Assembly: GCA_010909165.1 (NCBI GenBank)
Contig: MU008206.1
Location: 62,001-126,000, forward strand
Length of the DNA: 64,000 bases
Direction of reading: 5' to 3'
Source of the DNA: Anthoceros angustus
Taxonomy: Eukaryota > Plantae > Anthocerotophyta
A program made the position numbers and the translations under genes. Every line of letters begins with the position of its first letter. Position 1 is the stretch's first letter. Positions 49,491-61,184 of this stretch are shown in pieces. The notes under the pieces were generated by a model. That model was given only the letters and a program-made list of their open reading frames with translations, was not told the DNA's origin and did not search any database.

Positions 49491-50636
49491 TCACCAAGGT
49501 CTCCATCCCGAAACACCTCCCTTGATGGGGTTTGGTAACTGTGCGCTCCACCAAAACGGGTCTGGCAAACTTCCTGACAGCAACAGCACATTCCGAGACT
49601 CGTCCTCCACTTCCTTGATGCAGATGTCCCCGTCAAATGCACCAGCCATGGCCGTTGCCGTGGCAACCATCTGCTCCTTCCATTCCCTATTGTCCCCATC
49701 TATCGGAGGGCCTCCACAATTTACCAGGATACGACCCCCCCGCCGCAGTCGTTTTCTAAACCTTCCCCACGTGGCTTCTTGCGTAAGTGCTTCACATATG
49801 CGCCCCTTGCTGTAAAGATCAACAAACAGACCCGCAAAGCCACCATCAACTCTCGCCGACTTCTTGAACACATCCCCAATATGAACAACCAGGTGCCCCC
49901 CGCATTTCTCGTCCCCCGATGATTGCAGCACAGAAGGTTGCTTCCCTGTCCCCTTCTTCCTCCCTGCAGCTTTTCCACCATCACCTTCCTGCAACTCCAG
50001 TTGTGAGAGTCCAAAGTATAGACGACCCATTTTTACCACTTCAGAGTCAATTTCCCACCCTTCCAGATGCAAATCCGGCCACAGTTGCAGTAGAATGCGC
50101 GCTTCTGTTCCAGCTCCCAAACCGTAGATTCCTATGGGGCCTTCAGGAAGTAAAGGGGGAAGAAGTGCAACCTCATCATAGTAGGATCCTGTCAACCGCC
50201 TTCCATCATTCCAGTAGACGCTATGGGCAAGATCCTGGTCATCCAACTTCAAAACCCAGGCCCCTGCTAGCTCATGCTCGGCATCAGCATCCATCTCTAT
50301 CACAGTGATCTGATTATAAGGCGTCGTGACTTCTTCCACAATCCAAGCGTCACCCTCTTCTTCCGAGTCGCTCCCATGCTCATTTGAAACGGAATTGCAT
50401 TCTATGCTTTGCAAATTGCCTATATCGCTTCTACTTTGGGAGACGGAGACCCTGGACTTGCTAAAATGAGTACAGCGCCCATAACCAAGTCTTGACTCTG
50501 TCGCGTGCCAGGTGAGGCGGGAAAAGAATGTCACGTCTGTAATACACCACACAGCCCTAGGCTCAGGCACACTGCCACTCCCGCTGCGGGTGACGCTGGG
50601 GAGTAACCACAGCCTGATATCTCTCAACATAGACAT
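49491..50636 (-). CDS. SAM-dependent methyltransferase, spermidine-synthase-like, intronless
   Basis: TGSYYD..LPPLLPEGPIGIYGLGAGT (motif I), LEGWEID, VHIGD, VDLY, GGRILVNCGG. The first ATG at 50636 gives a transit-peptide-like leader. Confidence 0.88.
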   Translation of the reverse strand: MSMLRDIRLWLLPSVTRSGSGSVPEPRAVWCITDVTFFSRLTWHATESRLGYGRCTHFSKSRVSVSQSRSDIGNLQSIECNSVSNEHGSDSEEEGDAWIVEEVTTPYNQITVIEMDADAEHELAGAWVLKLDDQDLAHSVYWNDGRRLTGSYYDEVALLPPLLPEGPIGIYGLGAGTEARILLQLWPDLHLEGWEIDSEVVKMGRLYFGLSQLELQEGDGGKAAGRKKGTGKQPSVLQSSGDEKCGGHLVVHIGDVFKKSARVDGGFAGLFVDLYSKGRICEALTQEATWGRFRKRLRRGGRILVNCGGPPIDGDNREWKEQMVATATAMAGAFDGDICIKEVEDESRNVLLLSGSLPDPFWWSAQLPNPIKGGVSGWRPW

Positions 50637-50698
50637 TTGTGCAAGCGTCGTAACAACTCGTGCAAATGCTTCGAGTCCTTCACAGAAGAGTCCTGCAG

Positions 50699-50736
50699 TA
50701 GGGTTTAACCAAATTTCAGCAGACACTTTAGGGTTT
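50699..50736. promoter_or_regulatory. Two telo-boxes (TAGGGTTT / AAACCCTA) in the divergent promoter
   Basis: Exact 8-mers at 50699-50706 and 50729-50736, between the ATGs at 50636(-) and 50862(+). Confidence 0.55.
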
Positions 50737-50861
50737 CGGTCCGGAGCACGGTGGACAAGCTCACGGCTGCATCCAGATCTCGATCCAAGAAAGAATCCTT
50801 GGTCCTCTTTGTTCAACGTGACCTGTAAACAGACCTGATGCCAGCCGAGCAAGAATAAGTT

Positions 50862-53449
50862 ATGGAGGAGACTGTTGCCCCGGGAAGGCCGGAGACAACT
50901 CAGGAGGCAGTGATCCCCGAGTCCAACGGTCATCCCATATTGCTCGAGGAAGGCTTGATCAGAGTTGAGGAAGCTTTAGCTCCGGACACTAATGAACAGC
51001 CACCAGCGTTGGAGGAGCATATCACAAGAGAGTACCGGGTCACTAACCGATTGCAGGAGGGCAAGCGCCCTCTGTATGCCATATGTTTCAATTCCCTCGA
51101 CTCCCGCCATCAGTGCTGCTTTGCTTCAGCTGGGGGCAACAGGGTATCTATCCTCTGTGCTTCCCCAAGAGATTGCAGTGCTTACAGAAAGCTTATCTTG
51201 GCTTCAAAGTAGTCACTTTCCAGTCGAAAGTATGAATTTTGCGTGTCTCACTGTTGCAGTGGTGGATGGCAGATAACAGTGTACTGCTGCTTGGAGGGAG
51301 GAGCGCTAGCTGTCCTGCAAGCGTATGTTGACGAAGATGTATCCATCTGAGAATTTTCCCCTACTTGTCAAAAACGGTGCCAAACTGCTTTGTGCACACT
51401 GAAGCTTGGCTGGTGCCCCTTGCCTTTGTGGATGACGTCCATGACGCATGTATTTATTCCATGCTCAACATGCGCAGAAAGAGGAGTCATTTTACACAGT
51501 CAGCTGGTGCTACGGTGACGGGGGCTCACCGATGGTTGCAGCTAGCGGAATCAATGGAGTCATCCGCATTATTGACTGCGGAAAGGAGAAGCTCCACACG
51601 GTACTTGTGGCTTTTTATGCTTGGTTCCCACAATCAACAAGCAAGGTTTTCCAAAATTTGACGCTTGACCAGGATGGAAACCACTGACAGAGCTTCATTG
51701 GGCATGGAGACTCTGTGAATGAGTTACGGACACAATCATTGAAGCCCTGTCTAGTTGCATCTGCTAGTAAGGTAATTATGTGGTGTCCTCCCGTTTGTTT
51801 CTCTATGGTCCTTTCTCAGTATTTTCATTTGATTTGTGGGATTGTGGATGCACTTTAGGATGAGTCCATTCGGCTTTGGAATGTTTCTACTGGAGTATGT
51901 GTTCTGGTCTTCGCGGGAGCCGGAGGACACAGAAACGAGGTCCTTAGTGTGGTACGTGCTGAAAGCCCCCTGCCATTCAATGTGAGCTGGGCTGTGCTGT
52001 AGGTGTATGTGGGTGTGTAAGGTGATAAACTTCGTGTAGGGCCTTTGTGACCTTGTCCGTATCCCTATTGGTGTCTCGGATAGTTGTGGTTGGAAGTATG
52101 TATGCATTGGAGGTGGCCCTGACTGTCATTATGCACTGGTTCAGGACTTTCATCCTGCAGATCTTACAAAGGTAGCCAGCTGTGGAATGGACAACACTAT
52201 CAAAATATGGGACTTGAAAGGTAGTTGCAAGTGCCACAAGTGGGCTTTTGAACGTTAGGGGAACTGTTTCAATTTGTGCATAGTGGCTAAGAATCACATG
52301 TGCATGGCGTTGTGCTCTGTAGGCTCAGCCAAGTGGTACGCGTTTTTGTAGTCAATGGTGATGTGCTTCTGGGTAAAGCTGTGCAGACTTTTGGAAGTAT
52401 GTAGAGATGTCTTTCTCATGGACGGATTCCCCCTCCAAGTTTCCGACCAAATATGTTCAGTTTCCTGTAAGTAGGCATGGGTGCAAGTGTTTGAAGTTGG
52501 AATGGAAGAAAGAGTCCAGTCAATGACCAATTCATGCAAAAGAAGGTGACTTAATTATTTGGCGGATTGCTTCAGGTATTCAATGCACTTGTGCACACAA
52601 ACTATGTGGATTGTACTCGCTGGCTAGGTGATTTCATACTGTCAAAGGTAACAGTGGTTTTTTTTATAAGATGCATACACCAAACTAATCATTCAATGTG
52701 CACACCTTACCTGACGGTGGTAATGCAGAGTGTGGATAATGAGATCCTCTTGTGGGAGCCCATGCTGAAAGAACAAGGGAGCACAACGGAAGTAAGACTT
52801 TGTGTGGATCATGGTCTCGTCTCTCTATATAGCAGAGTAGCATGAATAACGAGGTGAATGAAATATTTTCAGGGTTCTGTTGACGTTCTTCAGAGGTACC
52901 CAGTTCCGCAATGTGATATCTGGTTCATCAAGTTCTCGTTTGACTTTCACTTCAACATTTTAACGATCGGTAAGTTGGGTGTGGGAGCAGTGTTTGACGT
53001 TGCCGCGATTGTGCATCATTTCAACCTCAATCACGCTTTGTGATGATGCAGGCAACAGAGAGGGGAAAGTGTATGTTTATGAGCCACAATCTTGTCCTCC
53101 CAGATTGGTCGCAAAGTAAGCCTGGACAGCAGTTTGGTCATTCGCCAGTACAGCACCTCCTGATGTCTGGTACTCAGAGCTTTCTTTTTTGTCGATTGTG
53201 ACTGTCTGCCCAGGTTGTCGCATGCACAATGTAAATCACCTATCCGGCAGACAGCCACCTCGTTTGATGGCAGGTGAGACCCTCTGCCTAATGATAATCC
53301 GCATACACAAGTGGGTAGCAGCAGCAGCAACTAAGCTGATGTGTTGTCTCTCCTTCCTTGTCCTGTGGCGCAGCACAATTCTATGTTGCTGCGAAGATGG
53401 ATGCATCTGGCGGTGGGACGCCGTCAAGAAGGAGAAGGAGGTGATGTAG
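50862..53449 (+). CDS. FIE: Polycomb PRC2 WD40 subunit FIE (EED/ESC ortholog), 13 exons
   Basis: EYRVTNRLQEGKRPLYA, EESFYTVSW, SFIGHGDSVNE, DESIRLWNV..AGAGGHRNEVLSV, DFHP, HTNYVDC..GDFILSKSVDNEI, CDIWFIKFS, PIRQTA, EDGCIWRWD. Confidence 0.97.
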
Positions 53450-53809
53450 TTTGCACGGAACATGTATGTATGTAGGTTATTATTGTAGGCTCATAGGTAG
53501 GAGTCGCTATACATGCTTACTCAAGTCGCGGATTCGTTCATTGGCAGTGAAGTACATGCCTATTTATCCCGAGGGGACCTTTTATTGAATTGAATTGAAC
53601 ACCTACCTACTCATGGATGTAGCCTATAAGGCGTAGCCTAGCCTTGGCAGGGGCCTCTTGGCGGAGCAGCAGCGCTTCGAGCCCTCGTCTTCCCTTTTCA
53701 CTCGGGTGGAAAAAGGTAGTAGGCAAGAATTGCCTCCTCCTTTTGGAGAGCGAGGACCGGCAAGGTGGCGGAGGAGGTGGGAGCGGGGTTGGCGCAGCGG
53801 CTGCGCATC

Positions 53810-55856
53810 ATGGAGGAGTCGGAGGGGAAGGAGGAGCGGGAGGAGGCAGGGGCAGATGGAGAAGGAGAGGCAGAGGTGGAGGCAGTGGAGCTGCTGCGGC
53901 CGCTGATGCGAGCTCACGCCCCGGCGCTGGAGGCGCTGGTGGTGCCGTCGGAGGACGCGCACCAGAGCGAGTACGTGGCGGACGCGGACAAGCGGCGGGA
54001 GTTCGTGAGCGGCTTCAGCGGCAGCGCGGGCGTGGCCGTGATCACGGGCAGCAGGGCGCTGCTGTGGACCGACGGCCGCTACTTCCTGCAAGCGCAGCAG
54101 CAGCTGAGCAGCGCATGGCAGTTGATGCGCGGCGGGAGGAGCCTCCGCTGGAGGCTTGGCTGGCGGATCACCTGCCGCGCGGGGCCGCCGTCGGGGTGGA
54201 CCCTGGTGCATCTCGGTGGATTCCGCCAAGCGCTGGGAGCACGCCTTCGCGCGGCGCGGCCTCAAGCTGGTGCCGCTGCAGCGCAATCTTGTGGATCAGG
54301 TGTGGAAGGCGCGGCCCAGGCCCGCGCTGGCTCCCGTGCGCACGCACGCCGTGGCCTTCGCCGGCAGGCCCGCCAGGGACAAGCTGCACGACCTGCGCCA
54401 GGCGTTGGCCAAGGAGCGGGCGTACGCCATCCTCGTCACCACGCTGGACGAGGTGGCCTGGCTCTACAATCTGCGGGGCTCCGACGTGCTCTACAACCCC
54501 GTGGTGCACGCCTTCGCCATCGTCACGGCGCACGCCGCCTTCTACTACGTGGACCGCCGCAAGATCGACGAGGTGGTGGAGCATTACTTGCTGGAGAACG
54601 GGGTGGAGATCCGGGACTACGACCGGATGCTGCCGGCTGTGGAGGAGCTGGGCAGGGCCTGCGCTGCCGCTGCCGCTGCCGCTGCCGATGCCGATCCTGA
54701 GCCCGAGCCCTCCGCGGAAGCATCGGAGGAAGAGGTGGAGGAGGAGGACGACCACGACTCAAGCAACGCCCCCAAGTTGGTGTGGCTCGACCCTGCCTCT
54801 TGCAGCTACGCGCTCTACGCCAGGTTGCCGCAGGACAGGGTGCTGCTGCAGCAGTCCCCTCTGTCCCTGGCCAAGGCGCTCAAGCATCCCGTGGAGCTGC
54901 AAGGCATGCGCAACTCGCATATCCGGGACGGGGCAGCCGTGGTGTGTCACACCGCGTGGCTGGACCGGCAGATGCAGGAGGTGTATGGGGCAGCGGGCTA
55001 CTTCTCCGAGGGCAACGACGGCAAGGGCTCCTTGAAGCGCAAGCGCTCGGACAAGGAGAAGATGACCGAGATGAGTGTCAGCGACAAGTTGGAGGAGTTT
55101 CGCTCTAAGCGGGACCTTTTCAAGGGCCTCAGCTTCGACACCATTTCCGCCGTGGGGGCCAATGCGGCCATCATCCACTATTCTGCTGTGCCGCACTCCT
55201 GTGCGGAGATGCAGCCTGATGCTATGTATCTGTGCGACTCGGGGGGGCAGTACCTGGATGGCACCACCGACATCACGCGCACCATGCACTTCGGGAAGCC
55301 GTCGGCTCATGAGAAGGCATGCTACACACGGGTCCTCAAGGCCCACATAGGCTTGGACACGGCGGTCTTCCCCAATGGCACCACTGGTCATGCCCTGGAT
55401 ATCCTGGCCAGACTCCCCCTCTGGAAGGATGGGCTCGACTACCGCCATGGCACAGGGCATGGCGTGGGTTCCTACCTCAATGTGCACGAGGGACCTCACC
55501 TGATCAGCTTCAGGCCGCAGGCCCGGAACGTTTCGTTGCAAGCCAACATGACGGTCACCGACGAGCCTGGCTATTATGAGGAGGGCAACTTCGGGATAAG
55601 GATAGAGAATGTATTGATCATCAAAGAAGCAGAGGTGAACCACAACTTCGGGGAGAAAGGCTATCTGGGATTTGAGCATATCACATGGGTACCCTACCAG
55701 CAGAAGTTGATGGATGTCTCTCTCCTCACTCCGGAAGAGATCGGGTGGATTGACAAGTACCATTTAGACTGTCGCAAGGTGCTGGCTCCCCACCTCTCAG
55801 GTGACGATTTGGACTGGCTAGTTCAAGCAACTAACCCACTGTCTGCCCCCGCCTAG
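53810..55856 (+). CDS. APP1: Xaa-Pro aminopeptidase P1 (M24B), intronless, with two 1-nt homopolymer deletions that are likely sequencing errors
   Basis: [31 protein letters not shown]. Metal-ligand motifs [40 protein letters not shown]. Frame breaks at ~54135 (G run) and ~54203 (C run). Confidence 0.93.
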
Positions 55857-56382
55857 CTCCTTTCTCCTTGCATGCTTTACCTTACTTGTATATAGTGTTC
55901 ACTTCCAACGTGCCTGCCTCTTGTTCCTGTTACACTCTCAAAACATTATATGTACAAGGACTCGGCCACGAGATAATTTATTAGGCGGGTTGTGTACCGG
56001 TCTTGTCGACCACATTTTTGTCCAGCGTAATGACAGTATTTTTAAATAGCTTATCACTTGCCTGTCTACCCTTCAACACGACTGTCAGGCTTGTTGACAG
56101 ACCTCGATGCTTAGTAAGCGAAACAAGAAAACTCTTCCCCGTTCAGTTCAGAAGTTCAATGCACCAGCAGCACTTATATGCAACTTCTATCCAACTTGTC
56201 TAGTGCCCAACAGTAAAACTACACCCAAAATTTGTACATGACAGGCCTGCTATGTGGAGACAAGCGCACATCATTTGAAATCCAAGCCCCCGGAAGTGTA
56301 ATGCCTGCCAGCTCCAGATCATTCTTCCTTTAGTAAAGGTGAGCACACTCTCATCTTGATGAGAGGATATGACTTAGGAATG

Positions 56383-57049
56383 CTAGGCTGCTGCAGCCTC
56401 ATTGACTGCATCTTCACGCTTGGCTCTCTTGCTTTGGTAATCCTGCACTGCAGCCTTGATGGCATCCTCAGCCAGCATACTGCAATGCAACTTCACTGGC
56501 GGGAGGGACAGGTGCTTGGCTATGTCACTGCAAGTTCAACAACGAGAAAACCCTGTGAGGTTTGGCCCGTGACATGGAGCCATATAATACGGAGGGCGTG
56601 GAGTGTCACCAACCTATTTTTGATATCAATCACATCGTCTGTGCCTCGCCCCTTGACCCACTCCGTCGCTGCAACACAAAGAAGGAGAGTGATGAAGCCA
56701 AGGGTACAGGGACACGCAACGTGATTTCCGAGTAGAAAGGCAAGGAGAGAATACCTACGGAGGAAGACGCGATGGCCGAACCGCAGCCAAAGGTCTTGAA
56801 GCATGAGTCGACGATCTGGCCGGTTTCCTCGTCCACCTTGATCTGCAGCTTCATCACATCCCCGCAGGCGGGAGCACCAACCAAACCGGTTCCCACGGAA
56901 GGATCGTTTTTGTCGAAGGAGCCGACGTTGCGCGGGTTGTTGTAGTGGTCCACCACCTTCTCGTGGTAGCCGCGTTGCGCCGAGGGCAGAAGCCGCTGGC
57001 CCCGACGGCCAGAAGCAGCACCCAAGTGGGCAACAGCCCAGGCCAACAT
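56383..57049 (-). CDS. ISU1: Mitochondrial Fe-S cluster scaffold IscU/ISU, 3 exons
   Basis: YHEKVVDHYNNPRNVGS..GAPACGDVMKLQI..FKTFGCGSAIASSS | ATEWVKG | LSLPPVKLHCSMLAEDAIKAA. Arg-rich presequence. Confidence 0.97.
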
Positions 57050-57699
57050 CCTGCTACTTCCCTTGACAGATGCGATGAGATGATGATAATCAACCAGCCC
57101 AGCCAGGAAATGCAAGGTAAGAGAAGGGCAAGGCGAGGCAATTGTGGCTGGATACACAAATTTAGTGGGAAGAAATGTCACGCAGCCCAACTTCCAAGCC
57201 CAATCCAAACTCCCTGTCGCAAGAGCTGAGCTTTTCACTGAAGCACAACTCGCTTCTCTGGCATCCTTTAATTCCTTTTAATTCCTTGAGTGTGCTGCCA
57301 CGCGCCTGCGCGTGCCAGGCACACGAGAAGCTGCCACGTCATTTTACAATAATATTTAATAATAAATCATAGTACTCCATGGTCATTTGTAGTGGCGCAG
57401 CTGTTATAGTGGGATCACACACCATAAATATAAACAAATGTGGGAGTTCGGAACAAAGTATATCTAGCCTTTGTGTCCAAATATTTGGCTTAGGCCAAAT
57501 GGACACACATTTAAAAGTCATGATTAAGCATCCTGAGCTTAGATCGGTACTTAGATGGGGTGCCTAAAGGGAGTGGGTGTAGCTTAGGCACACCATGGTA
57601 CAAGTTGTTAAGTACCAAGTCCCATGACGGAAATCCATCCTACAGATAACACAAAGTGGGATCACACTACAGATTTTTCTACAGTGGGGGAGAAAGTAA

Positions 57700-60600
57700 G
57701 AAGCCTTGCATAAGAAGCATGCAGCCATGAACCCAAATGACGAAACCTCAAACTCTGCGAGAGGCTATTGTAGCTGCAGATAAGATGACCATCCATCCAT
57801 CCAGGCTACGGATTAAGAGGTACGACCATGATATTACCGCTTCCGGACATGGGAAAACCAGGGCGAATTGCAACTGAAAATTCAGGGTACCAGTAAGAAG
57901 CCTTGCATGAGAAGCATGCAGCCCTGGATCTAGTTAGTAAGTTGTAAGTAGTGGTGGTAAGACTTAGCTTAGGGCTTAGAATTCAAATGACGAAACCTCA
58001 AACTCTGCGAGAGGCTATTGTAGCTGCAGATGCGATACCGGACACAAGTCGTGCCAAGGAAGCACCAGTGTCTTTCAGAGGAAGGTATCCAAGATCTTTT
58101 TAGGGAAGATCAAGAGGTAGAGGAAGAGCCACCAACACTGGGCATATTGGAACAAATGAAAATGTTGGCAGAGGCAGAGGAAGAGGTAGAGGAGCCAATA
58201 GAGGTCGTAGCCGTGGAAGCCAAAGAATGACACGCCCTCAATTTGGTGCGTGCTTCAGTTGTGGAGAGCAAGGACATTTTGCGAAAGATTGTCCGCATGC
58301 TGGGAATTCCCAACTGAATGTGATAAGCGCCAATCCTCAAGCTCCGGGACTTAGAATTCAGGAGCTTTTCAGAGCCCAAATGATGCGGTGGCCACATGTT
58401 GTTGTGATAGGATGTAGTGAGTCATCTAGTGTCAAGGATGACACTATTTTGAGGGAAGGTGGAGCCCTTATGTATATATGTGGGAAGATGAATGGTTTAG
58501 AAGTAGAGTTACCCACAATTTTATAACTCCTCGCAAGGCGAAAGAGCTTGGGCTAGAATGGGCTAGTACTTCCGCGCCATATGGAATCAAGCAAGCTAAA
58601 GGAACTCGCTTTTCTTGGGTGAATTGCATGGAGTAAAGCGCAAATAGAAGCGTGGGAAGGATACATGAGTTTCATTGTAGACATGGATGACCATGATGTT
58701 ATCTTGGGTCTAGAGTGGATGAAATCCAATGAAGTGCGTGTAGATGTGAAGTCCCGCACCATTGAGATATTGAAGAATGGAAAGCACAAGGTGGTTTGTG
58801 CTAATCTTAGTCGAAGCTTGAGATGTGCTCGATGCAGTTGATTTCAAAAGAGAGCTCAAGCGGGACATAAGATGTAAGAAGGAGCTTTATCTAGTTATGC
58901 TCCGATTAGAGGATGGTCTTGAGGAAGAATCCTCGAAGAGAAAGACATCCCAAGGAATTACAGTGTCTTGGATGACTTTAAGGATTTGATGCACGATGAA
59001 TTGCCACCTTTACCGTCTCATAGAGTAGTAGATCATGAGATTGAATTGAGGCCGAGTACGCCTCGTCGAGAGCACCATATAGATTGTCGCAGGATGAGCT
59101 CAGGAACTCAAGCGACAACTATCCAACTCCCGCAAAGGGATATATCGAGTCTCTAAGTCTCCTTTGGTGCGCCGGTATTGTTTACGCAAGAAGAATGGAG
59201 GACTAAGGATGTGTTTAGATTACGAGCTCGAATCAAATTACGTGAAGAATGCATATCCTTTGCCAAGAATGGATGATATGTTTGAGTTGAAGGGTGCCAA
59301 GTATTTCACCAAGCTAGATCGATGGCGGGTACTATCGATCGTAATCGCAGAGGGACATGAGTACAAAAGCGACTTGTAGGACCGTATGGGGCTTTTGAAT
59401 TTCTGGTCATGCCATTTGGACTTACTAATGCACTGCCACATTTCATACACTTATGAATACTATATTCATAGATCCGTGGACAAGTGTGTTGTAATCTATC
59501 CGGATGACATTTTGATCTTTAGCCATACCTTGAGGAACATGTTGAACACTTAAGAGAAGTGTTACAAAAGCTAAGAGAGAATTCTTTGTTCTTGGCAATT
59601 AAGAAGTGTGACTTTGTCAAGACAGGTAGCTTTCTTAGGCTTTATTGTCTCTGATGGCATCGAATGGATCCCGATAAGGTGAGGGCCATTCAAGATTGGC
59701 AACCTCCTAGGAACATTCATGAGGTTCGCAGCTTTATGGGTTTGGCCGTATGGAGATTTGTACATATGTTTGCTAAGATAGCAGCCCCATAAGCGACCTC
59801 TTAAAGATGACGAAAGCTTGGAAGTGGGATCTGAATGTCAAGCAAGATTGAATACTTGAAGATGAAATTGAGTACAACTCGGTTTTAGGAATGTATGATC
59901 CCAAGAAGGATGTGGAAGTGTCTGATGCCTCGACGTGGCCATAGGTGGAGTGTTGATGCAAGACCATAAGCCGATAGCTTTTGAGTCAAGGAAATTGCAT
60001 CCTTATGAGTTGAAGTATCCCACCTATGAGAAGGAAATGATCATTCATTGTCTCAAGGTATGGAGACACTATCTCTTGGGCGATCTTTTGTGCTCTATCG
60101 ATAATATCAAGACAACATACTTCTCTAACCATTGAAGTTGAATGCAAGACAAGCTAGATGGCAAGATTTCCTAGCTATGTATGATGTGACTCTCAAGTAC
60201 AAACCTATAAAAGAGAATAAGGTTGCGGATGCGCTGAGTCGCAAAAAGAGTCAGGAAGTAAAGGCAATGGCAATGCTGGTTGAACCTATGGACACTCACA
60301 AACGGATCAAGGAAGCATATCTGCAGGATCCAGATGTTGAGGACTGGATTAATGGAATAGAGCAGAAAGGAAGCAAGTTCAAACTGAGGGATGGTTTGTT
60401 GATATACAAACAGAGGAGGATTGTGATCCCAAATTCTTCAGAGTTGAAGAGCAAATTGCTTGCTGAATGTCATGATGTGCCAAGTGCAGGTCACCGTGGA
60501 ATTGACCCCACTTATGAGAAGCTAAGGAAGCTGTTTTACTGGCCGGGAATGTATCAGGATACAGTGGATTATGTCAAGGCATGTGCTGTTTGTCAAGATA

Positions 60601-61184
60601 AGGTGGAGCAAGCTAAACCAAGAGGTTTGCTACAGCCCCTACCTATTCCAAGTGGACCTTGGAAGAGTATCTCTATGGATTTTATCATGCCTTTGCCACC
60701 CAGTAATGGTTGTACAGCTATCATGATGGTGGATAGATTCACCAAACAAGCACATTTCATCCCTACAAAGAAGCGAGTGACCGAGGTAGCCACTTGTTTA
60801 AGAAGTATATATACAAGTACCATGGCTTACCTATGCATTGTGAGTGACAGGGATCCAAGGTTCACAGGAGAATTTTGGCAGCATTTGATGAAATGCTTGA
60901 ATGTGGAATTATGTATGAGCACAGCTTTCCATCCAGATACTGATGGCTCAACTGAGCGAGTCAACCGAATCCAAGAAGAATACTTAAGGCATTATGTGCA
61001 GATTGATCAGAGGGATTGGACTTATCATCTAGACGATGCAGAATTTTGTTATAACAACACTACACACAGCTCTTTGGGATGTAGTCCTTTTGAGATGGGA
61101 GGAAATTCAGCACTGGACGTGGTATCCAGGCTAAATGCTGAAGTTTTTGACACTACCACTAGAGATCTGTGAACTTTCCTAAGA
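57700..61184 (+). mobile_element. Ty3/Gypsy gag-pol, frameshifted, cut by a Copia insertion
   Basis: CCHC CFSCGEQGHFAKDC (~58250), protease DVILGLEW, RT YPLPRMDD/MPFGLTNA/YPDDIL, RNaseH AIGGVLMQ..PIAFESRKL..NKVADALSR, integrase HHCC plus ISMDF..SDRDPRF..HPDTDGSTER. Confidence 0.93.

Noticed and set aside
50637-50933. N-terminal extension of the methyltransferase overlapping FIE
   Set aside because: The ORF track starts at a non-ATG codon; the first ATG is at 50636 and the extension shows no homology.
54120-54215. APP1 pseudogene or programmed frameshifting
   Set aside because: Both breaks are single-base losses in G/C homopolymers and all catalytic motifs are intact, which is typical of long-read error.
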